Positions 13,741-27,265 are shown, numbered from the stretch's first letter. The stretch is DNA of 64,000 nt from Octopus sinensis (GCF_006345805.1 NC_042999.1:135842001-135906000); one strand, 5' to 3'. Program-made: numbers and translations. The notes: a model not told the origin generated them from the letters alone.

Positions 13741-16290
13741 ACTATTATTAGGTTAGTGGAGAACAGGCAAGGTGGAGTGCTAGACAAATGACCTTGTGGT
13801 ATTTAGTTATGTCTCTTTATACTTAGTGGTTGATTTTTGCCTTTCCTCATCTAGCAGGAAAATAGATACCAATACTGGGAATGATTTAATCAGCTACACT
13901 CCAACTTTTGGCTCTGTCCATTTATGAAACCATTATTATTTAGAAACAATTCTCCACCCCGTCTCTTCCCCAAATTATTTTCATTCAATAATCTCTTGTA
14001 GCAGCATTTCAATGTCTCTTTCTTCTCAAAGTTAGTGGAATACTTCATGCTTCTGATTCTCACATTGCATAATATGTGCAAACCTCTTTTTTTGCTTCTT
14101 TCTTTGCTAGGCAAACAACAGTCAGTTTTATCTATGATAGAGGTGCGAATTGTATGAAAGAATTGCAAGGTTATAAAAGTGAGATTTATGGAACACTTAG
14201 TAGTCTTGATTGTTAACAAATTCAGTTAATAATAAACAAGGTTCATAAACACAGATTAAGAAAAAGGAATCAAGTCAAACAACAGAAATTTGCGCAGTCA
14301 ATATTTTTTTATAAACATGTGCTTTTACACAGAAATTTACATTTGAACAATTTGTTAATATATATATATATATTAATGCTTGCGAAGATAAAAATTAGAA
14401 ACACAGCATCATCTGTAAGCTAAGGCATCAAATAATCATACAGGATTGATTCAGGGACGTTAAAAAGCAAAATTATAACATTTCTTTTTATTTATTTCAA
14501 AACAGACAGCATACACTTAAATTATAAATATTTTTGAAACATGCAGTGAAAAAATATTAAAAAATGCAAAAAAAATCACAAAGTAGCAAAAGAAAATATA
14601 GCAAAAATAAGTCTAACATTTATCACATTTCCAAGCTTTTCTCATAGTTTACAATAAGATAATCTCCTATATTTTCCATTTGAGGATTTTACCCCACCAC
14701 CCACCTGCCACCCCACTTCAAAAAAAAAAAAAAGAAGCAAATGAGAAGGAAATAAAAGACTTCACAAGAAATCAGTGATTATAGGATAATCTACCTCGCT
14801 ACTGTTTCATTCTTCAATGAAGAAAAGAGACTAGACTTGAAGAAAAAAACAAAAGAAAATCAATAGAATCGTTAAAAATGATTAAAAACCATTTGAAAAG
14901 GAAAAAACAATCAAGTAGCCGATAATTTCTTAGCTATTTTCTAATGTTTTGATATTGGCTGTTATTGTCTGTGTGTGCACTTCAACTATTGAATGTCTTT
15001 TTATCAATTAATGTATTTTCTAAACTTTAGCTATATTATATTTTTCTAACTCTTTGATTTCACATTGACTCTTAGTTTTTACCAACTTTATAACAGTCTA
15101 AATAAAGAATGAGCCTATGTATTTGGTTAACCTGTGAGAAATAATAACCAAATCTCCATTAAATCTCACTACGTATTTGATTATGAAGTCCTACAAACTC
15201 CTAAAAAGGATTATATGATTATAGATAAGATAGCTTTGATCATAGATCTGCTCATTCAGGACTAACCCAGGGCTAAACAATAACAAGAACAATTCTGAAG
15301 GACATTTTCTTTTTTCTTTTATTTGGGTATGGAATCTAGCACCTTTGGTTTCATAGCTAATGTGAAACTGAACACTTTTGTTATAATATTTCTAATAATG
15401 CAATGTATGTTTCAATCAGTTTTGAAAATAATCCAAGAATGTGGAGGGAATTAATAAATTAAGAAACAGTCATTATTAATCTGATGCTTGGAGACAACTT
15501 AGCAAACAGGTTCCTACACAAAATTATAATGGAAGGTTTAATATAAATATAATCATTTTAAAAAGGTGGTTTTTGTATCATAGAAACAAGTAATCTCGGG
15601 TGGGTTGATACAAGGATTAATATAGAAAGGATTAAATTGTTTAAAATCTTGTACTCATGATCAGAATAAATGGCCAGCCATTTTTATTTCTGAATATAAC
15701 TTAAGTTGATGGAAATAAATTTATAATATAAATGAATCTAGCAGAGGAAGCCGGTTAACTCTTTCGTTATCTATCATTTATCTGTGATGTCAGAATAGAG
15801 AAAAGAAAAAGGAACATCCAATTTTTCACAGCCACACCTAAGAAATTAATTCAAATGGTTGGTGCACCCTCCCAACCTTATGTCAATACCAACAACAACA
15901 ACAATGATGATGAAACAACAAACTTGTAGTTTATTTACTATAAAATATTTTCTAGACTACATTTCATCAGTTAAAAATAATCAGTCTCTGAGATCATATC
16001 AAAGCAATGAGGTTTAAGCTAGCCTATAAAAAGAATAATATTTATGAATGATATAAAATATAATTAGTAAGTTTACCAATATTTTAGCCAGATAACTCGA
16101 TAATTTTGAAAGCTTCTAACAATATTGATATGATAGAAAGAAACATATCATCTATGGTTCTATTTTACTTTATTTTGGAATTGGTAAATTAGAATATAAA
16201 ATTTATTATTTTTTAAAAATTCAGAGTGGTTGAGTATTTCAAATAAGTTTTACTAATGTATATATCTATGATTGTTAAGTAGATACACTA

Positions 16291-16291
<1 letters not shown>

Positions 16292-16321
<30 letters not shown>

Positions 16322-17115
16322 TTTATTATTTGTTTCTCCCATTCCAAAGAAATTACTATTATGTATTTTCAGTAATTTCATGTAAATTTTTACTGCAATA
16401 TCAGCTGCAATTCTGTGTTAGTAAAATGTTTGCAGCATTATCATTTTGGGAAATGGGAAGCTAGTTTTGTGTTACATGTATAATCAGGGTTTTTTTTGTT
16501 TGTTTTCTGTATTGTTGTTGTTGTTAGAGGAGTAGATACTATAATAGTGTATTGATAAATTCTGAGTGGAACCTATCAATCTGTTTGAATTTCCAGTTGG
16601 AGTTGTACCCTCTACACTAGTCTTTATGAAAGGCATGATACCACCACTTCTCATTTCTCATAGATATCTAATTAAAAATTTTAAAACAATATTGTTGTTG
16701 TTATTATTATTATTATTATTATTATTTTTATTATTTGTTTCTCCCATTCCAAAGAAATTACTATTATGTATTTTCAGTAATTTCATGTAAATTTTTACTG
16801 CAATATCAGCTGCAATTCTGTGTTAGTAAAATGTTTGCAGCATTATCATTTTGGGAAATGGGAAGCTAGTTTTGTGTTACATGTATAATCAGGGTTTTTT
16901 TTGTTTGTTTTCTGTATTGTTGTTGTTGTTAGAGGAGTAGATACTATAATAGTGTATTGATAAATTCTGAGTGGAACCTATCAATCTGTTTGAATTTCCA
17001 GTTGGAGTTGTACCCTCTACACTAGTCTTTATGAAAGGCATGATACCACCACTTCTCATTTCTCATAGATATCTAATTAAAAATTTTAAAACAATATTGT
17101 TGTTGTTATTATTAT
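16292..17115. repeat. Perfect 405-bp tandem duplication bounded by (TTA)n tracts
   Basis: tgtttctccc at 16331 and 16736; ttaaaacaat at 16681 and 17086; identical ORFs at 16566 and 16971. Confidence 0.95.
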
Positions 17116-17185
17116 TATTATATTATTATTATTATTATTATATTATTATTATTATTATATTATTATTATTATATTATTATTATTA

Positions 17186-17216
<31 letters not shown>

Positions 17217-17220
17217 CTCA

Positions 17221-18780
17221 ACATTTTTATGTGAATTTCTGCTGCACTCTCAGGTATACTGCTATGTTCCTGAGGTGGGTGCAGCATTGTCTTCTGGATA
17301 TATAGAATAGTGTTTATATAATACATTAGGCTTTCTTCGTTGTGGGATTAATACAGTTGTTTCTGGTGTTGTCTTAGTGTTTTGTCTGTTGTGTAGAGTA
17401 TGTACAATATGATTTGTATTATTTTGTTGGTATTATAGTGTTGACTCTTGATTATGTAAGAGTGTATTTTGCATTATTCTATTGGGTGGTGATTGTGTAG
17501 ATCTTGTGATGTGTGAGCCATATTGTTATATTCAGTAATGATTGCATAGAGTACATTTTGTGTCCTGCTTGAGTTGTGTTATTGAAATGAAAGTTTCTTG
17601 CATAATTTATGAACTGTGTCCAGTAGGACTATCTTTAGACAGTGTGTAAAGCAATGAGTCCTGGTATCATTTGTATGTTTCTGTTCACATTTTTTGTTTA
17701 TCATGTCTAGTCTCCAACTATTATTATTGTTTTCACTTGTCCTACTTTCAAGCCCCTTGTATTGTGACATTTTCTCACCCTCCTTTCAGACAATGTTTTG
17801 GTCAGAAGGGACTAAAATGTCTATCAGAGTACAGGCATTTTTGCTCCAGTCCTAGATAATTGTGTTTGGACAGTTTTGTGATCAAATTGTTACGTAACAT
17901 GTTTAATCCATTTTCATATCAAATTGTTTGCATATTACACAGTATACAAAGCTGCTGACTTGATTGTATCAATGAACATACTCTGATTTGGCAAGAACTG
18001 GTCACCACAGATGATGTGGTCAATTAGCTTGTACTGATTGCATAGTCTTGACTTGATGTTAACATCTTTCTTCATTATTATGTTAACTTAATTATTTGTG
18101 TGTAGGTAATTTCTGTTTTTATCTCAAAACTTTTGAGCTATTGTTGACTTCCACTCTGGCTTATTTCTCTTCTGTCAAGTGTTGTGAGGTGTTGACCATA
18201 AATTGTTTTTTGGCTATATTTTCTTCAGAATATTTTAAAATTCTGTTTGTCTTTTGCTCTTACAACCTTTTTTATTGTTTTGTCCTTATCTAAATCTTTT
18301 TATTTAGTAATGGTTTGGTAATTAATACTTTATTGTTTCCTTATATATAAAAGTTTATATTTTCTTTGTTTCCTTATTACACAAATCAATTTCTTTTTGG
18401 TAGCTTTGATAGCTTCTAAGTATTTTACTAGTCCCATCAGTTTTACTCTGAAGTAGATTTTTTCTATTTGTATTAGATCCATTTCCTTAACTACAGGGTA
18501 AGAATATGCTGTCTGTATCAGCTTTGGATGTGATGTTTCAGTTAGCATACTTGTTAATGAAAGCAGAACTAAGCAGAGTATTACAGGAGAAAAGGAATCT
18601 CTTGAAGAAGATTTCATAAGAGGTTTTCTCTTCTTATAGGAATAGGGGTGGTTTCAATTATCTTCTCCTTGCCTTTAAGTGATATGGCTGTTTCTATTCA
18701 TTTTGGCATTGCATGGTTGACATAGGTTCTTAGTATTGGAGTTGCTTTATTTATTTAGTGTCCTCAGCTTCGAAGAGTGC
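17221..18780 (-). mobile_element. Decayed R4/Dong-clade non-LTR retrotransposon, 3' portion
   Basis: Minus-strand remnants: RT thumb (LIQIEKIY...MGLVKYL), CCHC knuckle (RLCNQYKLIDHIICG), REL endonuclease (LIDILVPSDQNI, KEGEKMSQYKGLE, LKIVLLDTVHKLCK); the 3' end abuts the (TTA)n tract at 17100-17215. Confidence 0.8.
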
Positions 18781-18809
18781 AGTTACTGAGTTTTATTATT
18801 ATTATTAAG

Positions 18810-19105
18810 AGGCAGTATAAACATATAGAAAGCTACCATACTCTGTGATATGCCAATCCTTCCACATAGGGAGATTAAGGTTCATCAGTCCAATATTGTT
18901 TTGTTAAGGACTACCAGGAAAAGAAGTGCCTCCTATTCAAAACTTCAGTCCCAGCAGACAAAAATACCACTAAATGAAGTGGAGAAAATATCCAAATACA
19001 AAATATCTAGAAACAAAGGTAACCAGAATGTAGGAACTGAAAATAGGACAACTTGTACAATAATAGGTGCCCTGGGAAGGGTTAAAAAGGCTTACAGATA
19101 AATAC
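18810..19105 (+). mobile_element. R4/Dong REL endonuclease fragment
   Basis: Frameshifted TILCDMPILPHREIKVHQSNIV / KDYQEKKCLLFKTSVPADKN / EVEKISKYK / IIGALGRVKK; preceded by ttattattattatt. Confidence 0.8.
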
Positions 19106-21318
19106 CAAAACTTACGTACACAATATACAGAAAATAACACCACCAGGTAGAACGCAGATCTTATAAAGAGTAATTAACACAACAGAAAACAGAAAACCAT
19201 AACACTGCAAATACTCAAGCTGTACAGAGAAAGTAATTGTAAAAATAGAACTACTGAGTAGCAGTAGTAATAAAAATAATAATCTTTTCAATTTTTGGCA
19301 CAAGGCCAGCAATTGAGGGGGTAGGGAAAGTTGATTACATCAACTCCAGTACTTGACTAGTATTTATTTTATTGACACTGAAAGGCAAAAATCAATCTTG
19401 GGAGAATTTGAACTCAGAATGTTGAGAACTCAGAATTACTGCTAAGCATTTTATCTGACATGCTAACAGTTCTGCCAGCTCAATACCTTAATAATAGCAA
19501 TAACAACAACAACAACAACAATGATAATGATAAGAATAAAAACAACTTAATGCAGTTTAAAAAAGTACTAGCTCCCTCAGAGGTTTATCAATTTCAGATC
19601 TGCAGGGAGTCTTTTAATTGGAAGAAACATAAAATTTCTTTTTATTAAGCAGACAATAACAATAAATTTACACTCTATGTTTATTCATTCTCACTATGTG
19701 TGTGTGTCTGTGTACATGTGTGTTTGCGTGTGAATGAATATGTGTGTACGTGTGTGTGTCTGTGTACATTGGTGCATAGGTTTATGGGTGTGTGTGTGTG
19801 TCTTTATACACATATACATATATATATTTGTGTGTATTTGTATATGTGTGAGATGTGTAAGTATGTGTGCATGTATGAAAGAGGGAGGTTGGTGTCTTTG
19901 GTAATGCACTTAACTAATACTAGAATATGAAAAAAAAAAAAAAAAACTGAGATCAATGGTGAGGTAGTAGAAAATGGCAGGGATTATGATTTAATTGTTT
20001 GCTGTTTCTTATAACAGACGTAAGAGAGAAACATACACCTGTTTGGACACAAATAGCCAACAGCTAAAATGAAAGACAGATGGAATAATATAGGAAAGAA
20101 TTTCAATTATATATGCTGCCATGCAGAAGGAAGTGTGTGTGGGGGGAAGAACAAAACAGAACTGAGGCTAGATACATTTTAGCTATCCTAAAGTTATTTT
20201 TAATGAGATGCTAGCTTAATGATTATGTATGTTTTCAGATATTTGGTAAGTAATTTTAGTCTTAACTGTATATGAAAAAAAAGAAATAATTTCTCAAGGA
20301 AACATCTTGGTATTGATTATATTCTGAAAAAAAATTGTCATTCTACAAATATCTGAAATAGTCAAGATAGGTTCCAGCAGGAAGCAGGAACAAATCTAAA
20401 ACGGTATATTACAGCTTAATGATGTAGTTTCAAAAGATGATGTAATCTGGAATTTTTCAGAAAGTTCTAAAAGGAAATAAGAAAATGGCTACAATAGCAG
20501 AATTGGAGTTTTATTAAACTGAGCTGTTTGATGACATTACAATTTAAGCTTGTTTATTGAACAGGTAGAAGATCAAAGATTAAATTAGATTACCTTTAAT
20601 GATAAATTAATGGCAGATTAGATCGAAATAACATTAAAGGAGTTCTGATAAATATATTAATGAAGGAAAACAGGAAAGCATTTTACTAATATATTTTTTG
20701 TTATTTCCCTCTCTCTTCTTTAAGTAAAGCTAATTGCAGAGCTAAATTATTTTTCAAAGCAAATGTATTTTACTTTGGCATTTAGAATGAATACATAATA
20801 AACAAAAATTCAGAAAGAAATTGACTAGTTTTTCATCTTCAGTATATATATTATCAATTATTTAAAAACATAATATTGGAATATTTTAAAAATGGAAAGA
20901 ACCCATTATTTATATTATTATTATATTATTATTATTATTATTATTAGTAATAGTGGTAGTAGTAGTAGTTAGTATTAGTACAATATAAATAGTATAAAAA
21001 AACGTTTTGCAACACAACAGAAAAAATTTGATAAATAATTTTGATAGCAGAAAAATTACTGAAAAGTTAGTTAAAAAAACCAAACAAAATACCTCAATTT
21101 CTATTGAAGAAAATCAATAAAAATCTGAGGATAATAAAATACCAATAATAAAATAATTAATTTAGTGAAACTTATTTAAAACAAAGTTATCTAATCATGT
21201 TTATTTTCGTGATCAAAAACGTATGTTTATATCAGTTTTGGTTATTCCTCCAGTTCATGGTTATCTTAGTAATTAAGGATCAATTGAGGTAGATTTAATT
21301 TCTATGATAACCATCTAG

Positions 21319-21429
21319 CTGAACTGGTACCAGATGTTCTGGTTTATCTTTCTATCTGGTACCAGCAAAGGAGGTCTGAGATAGGGACACAGATGACTGA
21401 TAGTTCTATGTCCCCATCTCATGGTACAG
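21319..21429 (+). CDS. Candidate internal exon (111 nt, phase 1-1): ELVPDVLVYLSIWYQQRRSEIGTQMTDSSMSPSHGT
   Basis: Acceptor ccatctag, strong donor CAG/gtgagt, length divisible by 3, open frame; no homology recognised. Confidence 0.35.
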
Positions 21430-23734
21430 GTGAGTTGAAAGGATTATGCTTGAAAGAACAATTTCACATTTATAATGGGTTTAGTTGATACTATAATATT
21501 TTTATTTCACCTTGGATTAAACTCACAAGATGCTTCTAGTAGTTTTGCAACCTGATGGTCCAAAATTCTCATCAGGCCACTGATTATGAGATCTGGTTTG
21601 TACTCAGCTGGGTATTTCAAAGTGATCCTCACCCAAGTACCTACTAGATATTCATTGGTGATATGGCAAAAACTGTTGCTTCCAGCATTACCAGGCTCTA
21701 CTCACATAATAAATACATATAGAAAAATGATTATGTATAACATTATTGTACATACTCATTAGTGAGTGTGTGTCTGTACATACACACACATATATGTAAA
21801 TATCATACATGGATGCTTGCATATGCTGTTTTTTAACAAGTGAAGGATGTTGTAGATTTAATTATTATTGTTATTGACATACATTGATACACAGAATAAA
21901 CTTTTATGAATAAAAATATATGAAAATGAAGTTTATTAAAAAAATAATAGAGTATTAAATGTCAGAATTTTGAATTTAAGGTCAATCAAAGCATTATTCT
22001 AAAACTAATTTTAATAAAATCCAGTAATAAAAAAAATAATCAAGATAGAGTTCTTATTACTAGAGCTGTGATTCTAAGAAGAAAGTAACCTAACTAGAAA
22101 CATGGTCACCATTAGGAGTAGCTAAGTTTCACTATACTTCTGCTATATCTATGGGAGTGAGTCAGAAAGCAATGCAATTTTTATTTCCATTACTTTCTGA
22201 CACATCCTCTTAGATTTAATAATACAACTTAATTTGGTTACTCTGAACTTCTGTAATAAACCTTGTATGATTGACCTTATTTGGTTTTAACTTTTATATT
22301 TAGCAAATGATAGTACATCTAGGATTAGTTTTGGATAACAGAACAAACAATGTTCTCAGCTAAGTTTTGATAAAATTGTTCCCTGCTCAGAAGAAAATGT
22401 TAGTAGTGAGCTATCTTTGTTTTCTGCATAGTTTAAATTGTCTTGAGATTCCACAAGAAATATTTTGAAAGAATATTTAAAAAACAGATAATACATTAAA
22501 TGTTTGTGAAATGATACTGGGTGGGGGTGCATTATGTCATCAAAATAGATGTATGGATCATATTAAATTTCAGTTAATTTTTTCAAACTTAAAAAATAAT
22601 CTAATGATTTAGCTGTGTGTGTCTGAGTGGACATGAGTGTATTTGTAACAGACAGATAGGCAGATAGATGAGAAAGAGAGAGAGAGAGAGAGAGAAAAGA
22701 GAATAATCACAGAAATTTTAAAATTTATTAAAAATAAACTTAAATCATTCAGGTATCAATTTTCTTGTGAGAAATGTTTCAAATAAGCAGCAAGCAGATT
22801 TGACAAGCCTTTTAATCAAAATTTAGAAATAAATATATGAATTAACCAATTTTGACAGAATAACGAAATTTTACCTGCCAAAAATTCTCTTGGCAACTTT
22901 TCTAGGTACTTGGCTTGCCATTATAATATATTTCCTTTTTTTTCTTAAATTTTCATACTTACTGTATTTTGTTGTTTGTTGTGTGTCTGAAACCAACAAA
23001 ATATTGATTCTCTGTTTCTTTACCAAACATTTTTAAGTGTATTTGTGTGTGTGTTTACATATAGGGAGGAAGAGAAAGTGATAAAGAGAGAGAGAGAGAG
23101 AGAGAAGGAGAGAGAGAGATTTGTAGGTATGTGTGCACAAGTAATGGAAAATTTTGTAAAACAGCAAAATATTCATAAATAAAGCAAGAAAGAAATTTCA
23201 TTGAAGAAACGTTAAGCTTTGATATCGTATTCTTTTGGTCAGACAAATACAATTGTTTTCTTTGCTTTACCTAACTGTAATGTGAATAGAAGACTTCCAG
23301 CTAAGGGGAAACTTATTTTTTCCTTCTTCAGTACATAGGTAAAGAAGATCAAGAAAAATATTTTGATGTTCTCCTGTTTTCGTATCTGCTTCAAAATTGA
23401 TCAAACAATGGCATTTTAAAAAACCTTATTACTTCAGTTCACAAGCAAGCAAAACATGTAGGTAGAAAAAAAGAGTAAGCAAAGAAGATATGTCTATTGT
23501 TTCTAACAAGCTTCAGTTAGAAAGAGATAAAGCAGCAGTGTAGGAATTCAGTTAGATTTGTAGGCCATCACTGGGTCTGTACTGAAAGATCTGAAATGGA
23601 AAAAATAAAGGGAGAGTTAGACATAACAGATTTCAGACCATAATTTTACATTAGACAGTAAATATACATATTTATTAATATTTTGATATATTAGACCATA
23701 ATTTTATCTATTGGCCGATTATCTTTTATTGTTT

Positions 23735-24110
23735 ACCTTTTACTTGTTTCCGTTACTGTACTGCAGCCATGCTGGGGCCTTGAAGAGTTTAACTGAACAA
23801 ATTGACCCTAGTACTTATCTTTGAAAGTGTAAGTATTTATTCTTTCAACCTCATTGCTGGAACTGTTATTTTATTGGGATGCAAACAAACCAACACTGGT
23901 TGTTAAGTCATGGTGGAGGATAAACATACATATATACACACATAAATGACAATCTTCCACATAGTTTCCATCTATCAAATTCACTCAAAAGGCTTTGGTT
24001 GGCTTGGGGTTATAGGAGGAGATACTTGCCCAGTATGCCATTTGGTGGGATAACCCCAAACCACATGGTTGTAAAGCAAGCCTCTTAACCACACAGCCAT
24101 GCCTGCATCT
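23735..24110 (-). mobile_element. Decayed full-length SINE
   Basis: ttttacttgtttcc...gccatgctggg...accacacagccatgcctg, reverse homologue of 1672-2062. Confidence 0.8.
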
Positions 24111-24253
24111 GTAGCTAACCACACGTCGGCAAACTATGGCCCACAAGCCAAATTAGCCAATGGCCTCATTTTTATCTAGCCTGTCAACTTTATTGAATAT
24201 ATGATGTTGCATACAAAAATTCTTCTTGCAGAACATGTACTATGTGAGTTATG

Positions 24254-24500
24254 TTATTGAAATAAGAATGTCTTGTATAAGATATGAACTGTATAGTGGC
24301 ACTGTATTTTTGAACTGTATATAAAGTTGTGAGCCCTGCTATGGTTTACATATTTTTGTATCATACCCAGTGTTCCAATTATTATTGGAACTGTTTTTAC
24401 CTTCATCCTGCTCATTTCAGTTTCAAGATCCTTGTACTTTATTAGTTTTACAACTTTTTCCATGTGTATCCTGGTTTTAGAATAGGCCTGTTGCATCCTT
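24254..24500 (-). mobile_element. R4/Dong REL endonuclease fragment
   Basis: ORF EKVVKLIKYKDLETEMSRMKVKTVPIIIGTLGMIQK carries the typical K..KY.DL / VPII.G.LG REL tail. Confidence 0.8.
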
Positions 24501-24513
24501 ATGTGTTGTAAGA

Positions 24514-24741
24514 TTAATCCCTTAGCATTTAAACCAGCTATATAGGGCTCAAATAGTTCACCTGTTTTATGTTAAAACTGGCCAGATCTGACCTCTCCCA
24601 CTTAACCTGCAATGTCATTCTAAAAATAAACAATCATATCATTGAAATCTTGAAGCTTTGAGATAATGCATGATTAATTTAAAACAATGCAAATAAATAA
24701 GCATTATATTTAACAGAGAAATCTGAAAGCTAAAGAGTTAA
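24514..24741. mobile_element. TTAA-flanked piggyBac-like MITE
   Basis: ttaatcccttagc ... gctaaagagttaa; a reverse copy at about 48515-49115 is interrupted by the 48621-49004 SINE (nested insertion). Confidence 0.6.
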
Positions 24742-25529
24742 AAGTGTTCTCAAACTGAAAGGTATATTGTAGTAAAATACTGTCTGAAAAAGAAAAGGTC
24801 TAACACATGTCAGCATGGAAAAGAAGCTGTAAAAAACTATTGCTACTGATTTCCAGGTGATATATACTTTAGATCGGATGAAGATTTCTATCAGAGAACA
24901 AAAGTTCTTCATTTCTGTGATCTGGACAGTTCATCTCAATCTCCTTCACTGCCTGGACAGTCATGTCCCATATTATCATTGCCAGATTATTGACATACGT
25001 TGGGTTTGGTATATGCTAAGCTAATGATGGGTCTCTATGTAGTTGCTCAACAGTAAATTTCTTTCAAATCTCAACCTACTATCTTAAAAATATAAGAAGG
25101 GATGCATTAAATAATGATGTCCTAGATGAAAAGTAAAAAAAAGATGAGATGGTTATGGCAGGAATTACTTTAATTACAGTTCTGCGTGATCATGGCTGAC
25201 CTGTATATGTATGTGTGCACAAGTAACACTAACAACAATTTCTCAGTTTTTTGATGATGATGATATAATTATTATTACTCCCCTTTTTTCAGGTTCTAAT
25301 GCTAGGGATGTATTGTTGTTGTTATTATTATTATTAGGGCTGTGGGCTGGCATGCTAGACAAATTGCTTCACAGCATTTTATTTGGAGTTCAAATTCCGC
25401 CAAGGTTGAGTTTGCTTTTCATCCTTTCAAGGTTGATAAAATAAGACCAGTGAAATACTGGAGTCAATGTAATTGACTAGTCCCCACCTGCAAAATTTCA
25501 GGTCTTGTATTTTTAGTAGAAAGGATTAT

Positions 25530-25705
25530 TATTATTATTGAGTGAGAGAGCAATGCATGCCATGAAAGTGACACTGGGGTACAAATATATGAAGCCCAAT
25601 ATTACCCATCATAACTACCCATCTGATAAGGGTACACCAGGCACATGCATCACAACCATATGTGTGAGACATGGTGATCTCATATCTAGATAAAAAGCAC
25701 ATGAC
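25530..25705 (+). mobile_element. Fragment of a (TAA)n-associated repeat family
   Basis: Reverse complement of the end of 52540-53030 (gcatcacaaccatatgtgtgagacatggtgatctcatatc). Confidence 0.75.
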
Positions 25706-26234
25706 ATTATTATTATCATTATTATTTGCTGTTATTAAGGGTGGTGCATTAGCAGAATCATTTGAGCATTGAACAAAATATCTGATGCATATCTTCTGGT
25801 TATTACAATCTGATTTCAAATGCCATTGAAATCAACTTCTCCTTTCATCCCTCTGGGGTTGATTAAATATGGTATCAGTCTAGTTCAATGTAATGGCCTT
25901 ATGCCTAAATAAGAAACAATTATATTATAATATTCACATCAGGTCACTAATGAGTGTTACTGGTAATACATAATCCAACACAATCTGTTCATGGTCTGGT
26001 CATCAGTGTCTAATCCAATCCCTCCATCATGTTTACTTGGTGAAAAGGGTTGCTTAGAAACCCAGCAGCACAAAAACAATATCACTTAACAGGATGGATG
26101 AACCCTATATTGGGTTCATCCATCAATAGTCCTCACACTATTTAGCTACAGTGTGAGGACTTAGAAATTCTGGGTTAGTGTTTGGCATGCTGACAGACCA
26201 AGGGGAATGGAACATTTTACTTTTTATCTTTTCC

Positions 26235-26597
26235 TTGTTCCAGTCATTTGTCTGTGGCCATGCTGGGGCACTGCCTTGAAGAATCTTTTAGTCAAACAAC
26301 TTGACTCCAGTACTTATTTTTTAAAGCCTGGTACTTATTCTATCAGTCTCTTTTGCTAAACCACTAAGTTACAGTGATGTAAACACACTAACACTGGTTG
26401 TCAAGCAGTAGTGGTGGGGGACATACACACACAGGTATATGGTGGGCTTCTTCTAGTTTCTGTCTACCAAATCCACTTGTAAGGCTTTTGTTGGCTTAAA
26501 GGCTATAGTAGAAGGCACTTGCCCAAGGTGCCATGCAGTGGGACTGAACCTGGAACCATGTGGTTGGGAAGCAATCTTACCACACAGCCATGCCTGT
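26235..26597 (-). mobile_element. Full-length SINE
   Basis: Reverse homologue of 1672-2062 ending accacacagccatgcctg. Confidence 0.85.
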
Positions 26598-27069
26598 GTC
26601 TTAACTTTTATTAAAGTGTGTCTTAGGAGAAGGCTGTACTGTGTCCACAGTTACACAAGTGGTATAACTGTGCAAGCAGTCAGGGCTTGGTAGCCTTGGA
26701 AGAGAGCCACATTTGAGGAAGGACAACTTCAAGCTTAAATCCTTACTGGCTGTGAGTGCCTGGGAAGAGACAAAAGCTGTGTGAGTCAACCTCAACAGTA
26801 AGTTGGGTTAGAATAGAACTCAGGTTCTTTGACCTTATTCACCACAAAGAGAGCATGATGAGGCAATGAATGGGTCAAGTCTGCCTCCCACCTGATTCTT
26901 AGCCATTAGCATAGGAATATTCATTAATAATAATAATAATCCTTTCTATTAAATGCACAAGGCCTGAAATTTGTGGGGAGGGGACTTGTCAATTACATCA
27001 ATCCCAGTGTTTCACTAGTACTTAATTTATTGACTCCAAAAGGGTGAAAGGCAAAGTTGATCTCAGCAG

Positions 27070-27093
27070 AATATTATTATTATTATTATTATT

Positions 27094-27186
<93 letters not shown>

Positions 27187-27265
27187 GTAACAACAACAAC
27201 AATAATAATAATAATAACAACAATAATCATCATAATAATAATCATAATAATAATAATTATTATTT
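27070..27265. repeat. Long compound (TTA)n/(AAT)n microsatellite
   Basis: Direct inspection; explains the poly-I/poly-L ORF 27063-27374. Confidence 0.95.

Noticed and set aside
13890-14219. 109-aa minus-strand ORF and an overlapping plus acceptor at 14111 (QTTVSFIYDRGANCMKELQGYK)
   Set aside because: No recognisable domain, no convincing donor, and strand ambiguous.
10520-23390. Several strong-looking plus acceptors followed by short ORFs to a stop (10520, 12671, 23322)
   Set aside because: Pyrimidine tract plus AG is frequent by chance in this T-rich DNA; no supporting evidence.
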